Shown here in pieces: positions 1-7,024 of a stretch of DNA of 38,224 nucleotides (position 1 is the stretch's first letter; each line of letters opens with the position of its first letter). The notes beneath the pieces are model-generated. The model was not told the DNA's origin and did no database searches. It saw nothing but the letters and a program-made list of their open reading frames with translations. The stretch is taken from the IMG/VR virus record IMGVR_UViG_3300020042_006260, positions 1 to 38,224 of that record; one strand, written 5' to 3'. The stretch is from a virus. Taxonomy: Duplodnaviria > Caudoviricetes. The translations under genes were made by a program, and so were the position numbers.

Positions 1-387
1 GTACGATCCGCTCTGGAGGAGGGCATACTACCAGGAGCAGGCAAGGCGTTGCTAGACGAGAGTGCTGTGATTAGAAGGGGGCTGCTACTTAATCTAGGCA
101 AGGAGCATAGTGCTGCCATTGAGATACTATCCAATGCGATGATGGCACCATTCCAGCAGATCCTAGCCAACGCTGGCCTAAAGCCAAGTGACGTGTACAA
201 GGATGCGATGCCTGTTGGGCACGGCTACAACCTAAAGACAGGCCGTACTGGTGACCTAGTGACAATGGGTGTGATTGACCCATTCAAGGTGACACGAACC
301 GCACTTCAAAATGCTGTGAGTGTAGCGACAACTATTCTGAGCACAAACGCCATCATTACAATGGCACGATCATACGAGACCAAGTAA
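1..387 (+). CDS. groEL: Chaperonin GroEL (Cpn60), C-terminal part; gene begins before the window
   Basis: Frame 1 is open from base 1: VRSALEEGILPGAG...PFQQILANAG...GYNLKTG...GVIDPFKVTRTALQNAVSVATTILST, matching GroEL equatorial-domain motifs. No GGM tail. Confidence 0.93.
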   Translation, partial: VRSALEEGILPGAGKALLDESAVIRRGLLLNLGKEHSAAIEILSNAMMAPFQQILANAGLKPSDVYKDAMPVGHGYNLKTGRTGDLVTMGVIDPFKVTRTALQNAVSVATTILSTNAIITMARSYETK

Positions 388-390
388 GAC

Positions 391-633
391 ATGGAGCAGA
401 TACTAAATCCATTTGGAGGGGGACCGGTCAATAAGATTGTTGACGAGAACCGGAAGTCAGCTGACTGGTGGCTTGACTACCTGGCTGACAACGAGCCAGT
501 CATTGAGAACGAGTTCTACCTGCTGTTCGAGGATGGCATGCTAGTAAAGAAGGGTCGGTCTAAGTTTAGGACAAGCCAGTACATCAGGGGTGAGCGGTTC
601 AGGCGATTCAAGGACCACTATGAGAACCCTTAG
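391..633 (+). CDS. Hypothetical protein
   Basis: 80-aa ORF starting 3 nt after the groEL stop, same strand. Confidence 0.65.
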   Translation: MEQILNPFGGGPVNKIVDENRKSADWWLDYLADNEPVIENEFYLLFEDGMLVKKGRSKFRTSQYIRGERFRRFKDHYENP

Positions 634-709
634 GAGCTGGGTGTTGACCGTTGGCTTGGCAATACTATTTGCATTGCTAGTGATGTGGTGGTATGAGGCG
701 AATAAATAA
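620..709 (+). CDS. Small single-TM membrane peptide (29 aa), not in ORF track
   Basis: MRTLRSWVLTVGLAILFALLVMWWYEANK*; fills the gap between 633 and 716. Confidence 0.55.
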   Translation: MRTLRSWVLTVGLAILFALLVMWWYEANK

Positions 710-715
710 ATTAAT

Positions 716-973
716 ATGGAGACACCATTTGCAATTAAGGTAGAAGAGGTGCTTGAGCAGATTGAGCGGATGCTCATTGACAAGAACCGTATGTACGGTA
801 ACTCAGCATTGGAGACCATAGGCGTGTTCAGTAAGCTCTCCCCTAGGGAGGGCTTACTTATACGCATTGATGATAAGCTCAAGCGAATAAAGAACGGCAG
901 CCTAGAGAAGGACGATGAGGACGTGGTGAACGACCTGATTGGATACCTGGTGCTGCTAAAGATTAGTAAGTAA
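716..973 (+). CDS. DUF1599 / nucleotide-modification-associated domain 1-like protein
   Basis: KNRMYGNS...IRIDDKLKRI...EDVVNDLIGYLVL motif pattern. Confidence 0.75.
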   Translation: METPFAIKVEEVLEQIERMLIDKNRMYGNSALETIGVFSKLSPREGLLIRIDDKLKRIKNGSLEKDDEDVVNDLIGYLVLLKISK

Positions 974-990
974 TTCGTATAATTTCCGAA

Positions 991-1542
991 TTAGAATAGC
1001 TTCTTGCTCACTCCCAAGCTGTGAATCCTCTGTAGTGGCTGGTACTGGTACTCGAAGATGTACTTGTTGTCTAGGTAGGCTACCTTTGCACCTGGCTGTA
1101 ACAGCGAGTTCACATTTACACCTAGGTAAATACCCTTAGGCTTCTGTACAATTGTCTTGGTCTCTGTGTTCGTTACAGTGTTGGTTACCACAGGTATTTT
1201 AAAATCGTTCGTAACGCTCATTTTAAGGACCTCTCCAAGGACTTCTCCATTGACATAGGTGTTACCATACTCGAAGGCTGTCGTGGTGCTGAACGCTTTA
1301 ATATTAGGCTTAGAATCAACTAGGACTGTATCCCTAACAACTTGTGATTTTATCTTTGTCTTAGGCACATAGACTGTATCAACATCTTCAATAAATACAG
1401 TATCCGTTTCTGTCACGGTTGTGAACCTATAAACCTCTTCTGCCTCAGGCTTAGGGTAAAAAATAAAGGCCACGATAGCACCAGCAATAAAAGCTAGTGT
1501 CGCAATTTGTATCTTTTGGTTGTCTTTTGAAAATTCCATCAT
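991..1542 (-). CDS. Membrane-anchored protein with beta-rich C-terminus (spanin-like candidate)
   Basis: N-terminal TM (IATLAFIAGAIVAFIFY), repeated DTV motifs, amphipathic C-terminal strands ending in Phe. Confidence 0.6.
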   Translation of the reverse strand: MMEFSKDNQKIQIATLAFIAGAIVAFIFYPKPEAEEVYRFTTVTETDTVFIEDVDTVYVPKTKIKSQVVRDTVLVDSKPNIKAFSTTTAFEYGNTYVNGEVLGEVLKMSVTNDFKIPVVTNTVTNTETKTIVQKPKGIYLGVNVNSLLQPGAKVAYLDNKYIFEYQYQPLQRIHSLGVSKKLF

Positions 1543-1760
1543 TGTTCAATAAAAAGATTGTCCTGTTCTAAAATTTTTCTTAACTCCTTACGGCAATATT
1601 CATAAGCGTTGTAAGTTTCTTCTGATAATTCTTTGTACTTCATCTCTGATCTAAGCAATTGATCAAAGTCCCAAATCGCGTCTTTATAATTCATGCCATT
1701 AAATGAGGCTAAATATTGTTCTTTTTGCTCTGGCAAATCAAATTCTAGTACTGCTTTCAT
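1539..1760 (-). CDS. Hypothetical phage protein
   Basis: 73 aa (MKAVLEFDLPE...); 4-nt overlaps with both neighbours indicate an operon. Confidence 0.75.
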   Translation of the reverse strand: MKAVLEFDLPEQKEQYLASFNGMNYKDAIWDFDQLLRSEMKYKELSEETYNAYEYCRKELRKILEQDNLFIEQ

Positions 1761-2638
1761 AGTGGGAATTTACAACTATCTACTAATAACTCGTATCCTC
1801 TGACATCTTTCTTCTTTATCTCCTTACCTGATAGGGTAAGTATCCTTCCACCTGTAGGTTTAACAGGTGCACCACGCTCAACATGCCAACCACCAAATCC
1901 ATCTTGGTACTCTTCCTTGTATGCACCGGTAATAGCTAGGTGAATCTGCTTATGAACGATTTCATGCACATGCTTTCCTGGGTTGTAGGAGATAGTATCA
2001 CGTACATCGTTACGGCTAGAGTTCTCATGTATGTGTCCCATGATAAATATGTCCATGTTCTCGTACATTTCAAGGGCTCTTGTCAAGTTTATAGCACCTT
2101 TTGTAACTATACCACCACCACCACTACCGTGAAAGTACTTAAGGTTCTTCGACATTACGGTATTGTTACCAAGCTGGTACTTAATTACCAGCCATCCACC
2201 GTATCCACCAGTATAAACCTCTGTCTTGTTGGTGTAGTTGAGCAAATCTACAAAGCGTTGTAGTGGATCTGTCTCTAAGTTCTTGATGATTGATGTCTCA
2301 TGGTTACCGTAGCCAATAACAGTAAGCAAATGTGCGTAAGGAGACCACCATTCTACAGCAGTTTCAATTACTGCATCGATGTAGTTTGCCTTGTTGTGTT
2401 CTGGCAGAATATCTTTCTTATTTCTTCTTGGATCGTACTTTCCTTGCATTAAACAAAAGAAATCACCGTTGATAAAAATAGGAATTTCATTTTCTTTGCA
2501 GTAGTCTAGATGATCTTTGAGTTGGTCTCGATCACACTTGGGGTTGTCCCAGTGAATGTCTGAAAGTAGAGCGATTTTTGTTTCTGTTTTCTCTAGATCA
2601 ATGACATGAACGTTCCTAGCAATCTTTTTTAGATTCAT
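1757..2638 (-). CDS. Calcineurin-like metallophosphoesterase
   Basis: Motifs SDIH, NGDFF, GNHE, FHG and GHIH. Start placed at ATG 2638, downstream of the predicted promoter. Confidence 0.88.
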   Translation of the reverse strand: MNLKKIARNVHVIDLEKTETKIALLSDIHWDNPKCDRDQLKDHLDYCKENEIPIFINGDFFCLMQGKYDPRRNKKDILPEHNKANYIDAVIETAVEWWSPYAHLLTVIGYGNHETSIIKNLETDPLQRFVDLLNYTNKTEVYTGGYGGWLVIKYQLGNNTVMSKNLKYFHGSGGGGIVTKGAINLTRALEMYENMDIFIMGHIHENSSRNDVRDTISYNPGKHVHEIVHKQIHLAITGAYKEEYQDGFGGWHVERGAPVKPTGGRILTLSGKEIKKKDVRGYELLVDSCKFPL

Positions 2639-2659
2639 TAGAAGCTTATTTGTTGTCCA

Positions 2660-2689
2660 TAAAGTTACCATTTTTTTTTATTTTCCAAA
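2660..2689 (-). promoter_or_regulatory. Bacteroidota-type promoter for the minus-strand block
   Basis: Minus strand reads TTTG-N18-TAACTTTA (one mismatch to TAnnTTTG), about 20 nt upstream of ATG 2638. Confidence 0.55.
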
Positions 2690-2723
2690 TGTTTTATTAT
2701 ATTGGCAACATAAAAATAATCTT

Positions 2724-2828
2724 ATGTCACCAAATCAAAGAGATTATCAAAACTTCATAGATGGCTTCCTGATAGGGGTTGTCTTCGGGATAATTATTTC
2801 AGCTATCCTGTATCTGACATTCACATGA
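2724..2828 (+). CDS. Small single-TM peptide (34 aa), not in ORF track
   Basis: MSPNQRDYQNFIDGFLIGVVFGIIISAILYLTFT*; A-rich leader; ATGA coupling to the next gene. Confidence 0.6.
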   Translation: MSPNQRDYQNFIDGFLIGVVFGIIISAILYLTFT

Positions 2829-3073
2829 CTATAATTGAACAAATATTGATCGACTATCCTGAGGAGTCTTTTTATATTGCTGATGGATTTGACGAGGCAA
2901 TTATAGGGTTCGATGAAGTTGAAAGGAGACTAGTCTATGACATGGATATAATTATTGAAATCCTTGTTCTTGATGGGATGACTTATGATGAGGCTATAGA
3001 ATACTACGATTTTTACATATTGAATACGGATATTGGAGAAGGAGCTCCTATCTTTATAAAAAATTATATATGA
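2825..3073 (+). CDS. Acidic hypothetical phage protein
   Basis: ADGFDEAIIG...GMTYDEAIEYYDF...PIFI pattern; coupled to both neighbours. Confidence 0.75.
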   Translation: MTIIEQILIDYPEESFYIADGFDEAIIGFDEVERRLVYDMDIIIEILVLDGMTYDEAIEYYDFYILNTDIGEGAPIFIKNYI

Positions 3074-3327
3074 GGGCAATAGGAAAGAACATTGTAATCA
3101 AATCAATTGATGAGGAAGTGAAGACTTCTTCGGGATTAATTCTATCTGGTGAGGATACTAACCAGCTGCGTTATAAGCGTGGCGTTGTAATCAACTCAGG
3201 CACTGAAGTTAATGCTATCAAGGCTGGAGACAACGTATACTACGATAAGGCTAATAGCTACGTGATGATCATTAATGATGAGCACTGCGTAATTATTCAG
3301 GAACGTGACGTAGTTCTTGTCCTGTAA
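3070..3327 (+). CDS. groES: Co-chaperonin GroES (Cpn10)
   Basis: 85 aa; mobile loop EEVKTSSGLIL, GVVINSG, IKAGDNVYY, IIQERDVV. Confidence 0.88.
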   Translation: MRAIGKNIVIKSIDEEVKTSSGLILSGEDTNQLRYKRGVVINSGTEVNAIKAGDNVYYDKANSYVMIINDEHCVIIQERDVVLVL

Positions 3328-3769
3328 GTCTATTCTGCTTTAATTCTTTATTCATAGTGATAATCATGTCCCTGTAGACTTTGTCTGCAAACCTTACGTT
3401 CTTCTTGAACATAGGATTATTGCACATTGTCTCAGGGATTTCTTCTCCCTCTAACTTTTTGTACATAGAGTTAACCATCCTCTTTGCCTTGTAGGATAGT
3501 GAGTAGATTGCCTTAGATCTACTGGCGGCTCTTCCGGGCTGCTTGGTTGAGAAAAGCTCAATCCATCCTTCATTCTTTAGCCTATAGAATCTTTCTTTGT
3601 CCCAGGCGAATATGTTCTCGTACTTGTTGAATGTGGTAGCATTGAAGTAACGCTCTGAGTAAAGATACAGGAGCATGTCTAGGTCTCCCTGACTAAGATT
3701 GTATCTTACCTTAAAGTACTCACGAATTACTTTCCAATATTTCAGGTAGTCTCTTTTATTTGATTTCAT
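3293..3769 (-). CDS. Hypothetical protein, possible winged-helix DNA-binding regulator
   Basis: Likely start MKSNKRDYLK at 3769. LSQGDLDMLLYL...FYRLKNEGWIE...IYSLSYKAKRMV resembles a MarR-type wHTH. Confidence 0.6.
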   Translation of the reverse strand: MKSNKRDYLKYWKVIREYFKVRYNLSQGDLDMLLYLYSERYFNATTFNKYENIFAWDKERFYRLKNEGWIELFSTKQPGRAASRSKAIYSLSYKAKRMVNSMYKKLEGEEIPETMCNNPMFKKNVRFADKVYRDMIITMNKELKQNRLTGQELRHVPE

Positions 3770-3778
3770 TTTTATTAT

Positions 3779-3786
3779 TACATTTG
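3779..3786 (+). promoter_or_regulatory. Bacteroidota sigma70 -7 element
   Basis: TACATTTG upstream of the rightward operon; TTTG at 3759-3762. Confidence 0.7.
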
Positions 3787-3790
3787 TAAA

Positions 3791-3798
3791 CAAAGATA
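3791..3798 (-). promoter_or_regulatory. Bacteroidota sigma70 -7 element (leftward)
   Basis: Minus strand reads TATCTTTG, 21 nt upstream of ATG 3769. Confidence 0.65.
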
Positions 3799-3819
3799 TC
3801 ATATTTAACCAACAAAGAA

Positions 3820-4170
3820 ATGAAGGGAGATCAAATGATGGCAAACAAACAAATGGACCCAAAACCTAAAAAAGGCGGAGCGTTTAAACAAGAATATCGT
3901 GTTGATAAAACAACAGGAAAGAAAACACTAATTATGCCTACTCGTGTGCAAAAAGCTAAGGCTCCATCTGCTGGTAGCGGTAATCCTTTTACAGGAGCAT
4001 CTAAACCAAAGGATAGTGCATATAGCACAGCTGCTCAGAAGAGAATGAAGGCTGACGCTGAGGGAACCTATAGACCAGTTGCCACAAAAACTAGAGTTCT
4101 TCCTGAATTGATGAGCGGTAAAGTTACGGTGAAGGCATCTGCAAAAAAACCTACTATTAAAAAGAAGTAA
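3820..4170 (+). CDS. Lys-rich low-complexity hypothetical protein
   Basis: 116 aa, basic; stop overlaps next start (TAATG). Confidence 0.7.
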   Translation: MKGDQMMANKQMDPKPKKGGAFKQEYRVDKTTGKKTLIMPTRVQKAKAPSAGSGNPFTGASKPKDSAYSTAAQKRMKADAEGTYRPVATKTRVLPELMSGKVTVKASAKKPTIKKK

Positions 4171-4460
4171 TGGCTAACAAGTCTAGCATGAAATGTAACA
4201 GTCCTGTTGCTTCAGATAGACCTGGCAAAAAAAAGATGGTTAAAGCTTGTTCCGGAGGGGAGGAAAAGCTCCTCCACTTTGGAGCTAAGGGCTATGGCAA
4301 TAACTATAGTTCTGCCGCAAGAAAAAGTTTTAAGGCAAGACATAGTTGTGATACAGCAAACGACAAGTTAACGCCCAGATATTGGGCTTGTAAAAATTTA
4401 TGGTCGGGTCCAGGTGGATCAACGACTAGCAATCCAAAGGGACGTAAAGGTAAATACTAA
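4170..4460 (+). CDS. Small basic phage protein (DUF6321-like)
   Basis: LHFGAKGY...RKSFKARHSCD...PRYWAC..LW motif; family name is from recall. Confidence 0.7.
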   Translation: MANKSSMKCNSPVASDRPGKKKMVKACSGGEEKLLHFGAKGYGNNYSSAARKSFKARHSCDTANDKLTPRYWACKNLWSGPGGSTTSNPKGRKGKY

Positions 4461-4645
4461 TGAAGCAAGTAATTAAGAAAGCAGCTAAGTTTGAGTCTGA
4501 GAAATCATTGAATGGACCTATGAAGTTCTTGAAGGGAAATGCAAGCAAAGCAAAGAAATCATTTCCAGATGTAAGTGGCGATGGCAAAGTAACAAAGAAG
4601 GACGTCTTAATTGCTAAAGGAGTTCTTACTAAGAAGAAGAAATAA
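4460..4645 (+). CDS. Small basic protein with EF-hand/dockerin-like loop
   Basis: FPDVSGDGKVTKKDVL; coupled by TAATG. Confidence 0.7.
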   Translation: MKQVIKKAAKFESEKSLNGPMKFLKGNASKAKKSFPDVSGDGKVTKKDVLIAKGVLTKKKK

Positions 4646-4646
4646 T

Positions 4647-4985
4647 ATGCCGAAGGACGCTTGCTATAAAAAAGTAAAGGCATCGTATGATGTGTTCCCT
4701 TCCGCTAGGGCATCTCAGGCTATTGCGAAGTGTCGTAAGGCATCTGGCAATGTTGTAAAGTCTGAGAAGGGATCTAGTCTAAAGCGTTGGGAATCAGAGA
4801 AGTGGCAGGATACCAAGAGTGGTAAGGCGTGTGGTGCAGGTGGAAGTAATGAGTACTGTAGACCAACAAAGAGGATTTCATCAGAGACACCAAAGACTAA
4901 GAGTGAAATAAGCCCAGCAAAGCTTGCCTCAAAAAAAATAGAGAAGAGTAAAGTTGGTATGGGTAAAAGAGTTTCCAAAGTTTAA
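4647..4985 (+). CDS. Small basic phage protein (DUF5872-like)
   Basis: Start MPKDACY at 4647; FPSARAS, LKRW..EKW.D, YCRP..RIS.ETPKT motifs; family name is from recall. Confidence 0.7.
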   Translation: MPKDACYKKVKASYDVFPSARASQAIAKCRKASGNVVKSEKGSSLKRWESEKWQDTKSGKACGAGGSNEYCRPTKRISSETPKTKSEISPAKLASKKIEKSKVGMGKRVSKV

Positions 4986-4986
4986 C

Positions 4987-4994
4987 TATATTTG
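4987..4994 (+). promoter_or_regulatory. Bacteroidota -7 element
   Basis: TATATTTG, intergenic, 22 nt before ATG 5017. Confidence 0.7.
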
Positions 4995-5016
4995 TTCATC
5001 ATTAAAATCTAATCAA

Positions 5017-5418
5017 ATGGCACAGAAAGTAACAAAGACAAATGCAGAGTTATTAGGGTTGGTACAAGTACTTAACGCTGTTACTGCTGAAAAAGGAAGT
5101 AAGACAGAGGTCAAGCTAAAGAAGATTGCAGAAAAGATCAAGCCTCTATTTGAGGAGTATAATGAGAAGCGTGAAGATATTCGTCTTGATCATGCACACA
5201 CTGACTCCAGTGGAGTACTTGACTTGAACGAGAAGGGTGAATACAAGTTCACTAAGGAAGGCATCAAGGGTATGTCTAAGGACATGAAGAAGTTGCTTGA
5301 TGAGACCTTTGAGTTTTATCAGTTTACCTTCTCAAGTGAGGGTATTGAGAACTTTAAGTTCTTGGCCGGATGGGTTGAATGTATTGAGGCTGAGCAATCT
5401 GTTGAAGAGGTTGAATAA
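5017..5418 (+). CDS. Hypothetical helical protein
   Basis: ATG 5017 follows the AAATCTAATCAA leader and the promoter. Confidence 0.75.
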   Translation: MAQKVTKTNAELLGLVQVLNAVTAEKGSKTEVKLKKIAEKIKPLFEEYNEKREDIRLDHAHTDSSGVLDLNEKGEYKFTKEGIKGMSKDMKKLLDETFEFYQFTFSSEGIENFKFLAGWVECIEAEQSVEEVE

Positions 5419-5443
5419 ATTATTCATCTAATAAATAAACAGT

Positions 5444-5485
5444 AAGAACGGCATCAGTCTTAATTGGTTGGTGCCATTCTTTCTT
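5444..5485 (+). terminator. Stem-loop, putative intrinsic terminator
   Basis: AAGAACGGCATCAGTC-TTAATT-GGTTGGTGCCATTCTT followed by TCTT. Confidence 0.55.
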
Positions 5486-5494
5486 ATAAAGAAT

Positions 5495-5653
5495 ATGAAA
5501 AGCAAGGGACTAGGAGATACAATTGAAAAAATAACTACAGCAACTGGAATCAAGAAGGTGGTTGATACTGTAGCTAAGGCAGCAAACAAGGACTGTGGGT
5601 GTGGACGAAGAAGAGATGCACTTAACAGGTTAGTACCATATAACGAAGATTAA
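5495..5653 (+). CDS. Small hypothetical protein with CGC motif
   Basis: MKSKGLGDTIEKIT.ATGIK...DCGC..RRD.LN. Confidence 0.75.
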   Translation: MKSKGLGDTIEKITTATGIKKVVDTVAKAANKDCGCGRRRDALNRLVPYNED

Positions 5654-5664
5654 TTAATAAGATC

Positions 5665-5922
5665 ATGGCATATCAAAAATTACAACAATCAAGAGCGGCA
5701 GTAGTAACTAAGAGTGATACTGTTGATATTCCAAATCCTGGAAATGGAGCAGTAACAGGATGTATATTGTACGTAGGTACAGGAGGAATCCTTCGAGTGC
5801 TAACAGCAGGTGGTGATGACATTACATTTACAAACGTACCCAATGCATTTGTTACAACCTTCCAGGTGATTAGAGTGTTCAACACTACTACAACAGCCAC
5901 CAACATTGTAGCTCTCTGGTAA
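5665..5922 (+). CDS. Putative head-spike base / capsid decoration protein (Rcc01079-like)
   Basis: VTKSDTVDIP...LYVGTGG.L.V...G...TF......QV.RV..T.TTAT.I.AL resembles the RcGTA spike-base family. Confidence 0.6.
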   Translation: MAYQKLQQSRAAVVTKSDTVDIPNPGNGAVTGCILYVGTGGILRVLTAGGDDITFTNVPNAFVTTFQVIRVFNTTTTATNIVALW

Positions 5923-6207
5923 ATGAATACTCACGAGAATAGTAGGCTTGATTATATGGCAGCAGAATTGGATGCGTTAAAGAATGACGTTGCTGAAGTA
6001 AAAGCTATCGTTAAGGATATGCACACGTTGCTTTCAGGTAACCCCATTGACAAGGACTCTAATGGAATGATTGGAGACTTGAGGACAATGAAGAAAGAAG
6101 TTTACGAGTTGAAGTCTGAATTAAAGAAATACAAGAATTATTTTTATGCGCTTGTCACACTGGTTGGACTTGGAGCATTAAAAGTTATAGTCGAAATATT
6201 AAAGTAG
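5923..6207 (+). CDS. Coiled-coil protein with C-terminal TM (holin-like candidate)
   Basis: Heptad-rich N-terminus, C-terminal hydrophobic helix, upstream of the endolysin. Confidence 0.6.
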   Translation: MNTHENSRLDYMAAELDALKNDVAEVKAIVKDMHTLLSGNPIDKDSNGMIGDLRTMKKEVYELKSELKKYKNYFYALVTLVGLGALKVIVEILK

Positions 6208-6208
6208 A

Positions 6209-6331
6209 ATGGCAAAGGCAGCTGCAAGTGCAATAAAAATTAGCTTCGGTAAGAAGAGGACCGGAGTAGCTAAAAAATCATACGGTAAGTACAATCAGAA
6301 GCCAAAAAAATATAGAGGACAAGGAAGATGA
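6209..6331 (+). CDS. Small basic peptide (40 aa), not in ORF track
   Basis: MAKAAASAIKISFGKKRTGVAKKSYGKYNQKPKKYRGQGR*; exactly fills the gap; ATGA coupling to the next gene. Confidence 0.75.
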   Translation: MAKAAASAIKISFGKKRTGVAKKSYGKYNQKPKKYRGQGR

Positions 6332-6558
6332 ATAAGTTTTTTACATGGGCAAAAGGATTTTTAAGTGAGCATGGAGAAGCCTCTAGCAAACGTCTTGTTG
6401 GTGTCTTAACTGCTGTTGCCTTGTGTTGGACCTTATATTTTAATCCTAATGATGCTTTAGTTTATTCAGTAGCTGCATTATCAGCAGCCGCTTTAGGTAT
6501 TACCGCAGCTGAAAAAATATTTAAAAAATCAAATAATGAAAATAAGCCCACATCTTAA
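6328..6558 (+). CDS. Putative holin (2 TM)
   Basis: SSKR then two hydrophobic helices and a charged C-tail; overlaps the endolysin start. Confidence 0.7.
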   Translation: MNKFFTWAKGFLSEHGEASSKRLVGVLTAVALCWTLYFNPNDALVYSVAALSAAALGITAAEKIFKKSNNENKPTS

Positions 6559-6997
6559 TCTTGCAGAAATTACTAGAAGTGACACAGCAAAAAGACAAGG
6601 AATTGACAACACTCCTACTGCTGAGCATTTGGAAAATTTCAAGTTGCTAGCAGATAAAGTATTTGAGCCTATCAGAGAACATTTTGGGGTTCCTATATTT
6701 ATCAGCTCTGGGTACAGATCAGAGGCTCTTAATAAATTCATTAAGGGAAGTTTTTCCAGCCAACATTGCAAGGGTGAGGCGATTGACATTGATATGGATG
6801 GAGGAAATGGAGAAGTAACTAATAGAATGGTGTTTGATTTTATAAAAAATAAGTTAGAATTCGACCAATTAATTTGGGAGTTTGGAACTGATTTTAATCC
6901 TGATTGGGTGCATGTATCATATAGTAAAGGAAAGAACAGAAGGCAAAAGTTAAAAGCTGTGCGAACGAATGGTAAGACTTCTTACATTAATCTTTAG
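6536..6997 (+). CDS. Endolysin, peptidase M15A family
   Basis: ISSGYRS, SQHCKGEAIDID and WVHVSY Zn-binding motifs. Confidence 0.92.
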   Translation: MKISPHLNLAEITRSDTAKRQGIDNTPTAEHLENFKLLADKVFEPIREHFGVPIFISSGYRSEALNKFIKGSFSSQHCKGEAIDIDMDGGNGEVTNRMVFDFIKNKLEFDQLIWEFGTDFNPDWVHVSYSKGKNRRQKLKAVRTNGKTSYINL

Positions 6998-7005
6998 TAT
7001 ATTTG
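6998..7005 (+). promoter_or_regulatory. Bacteroidota -7 element
   Basis: TATATTTG, 19 nt before the fibre ATG. Confidence 0.7.
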
Positions 7006-7024
7006 TTTAATTACTTAATAGAGA

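Noticed and set aside
971-993. TAATTCG...CGAATTA hairpin between convergent genes
   Set aside because: AT-rich 7-bp stem without a U-tract; too weak to call a terminator.
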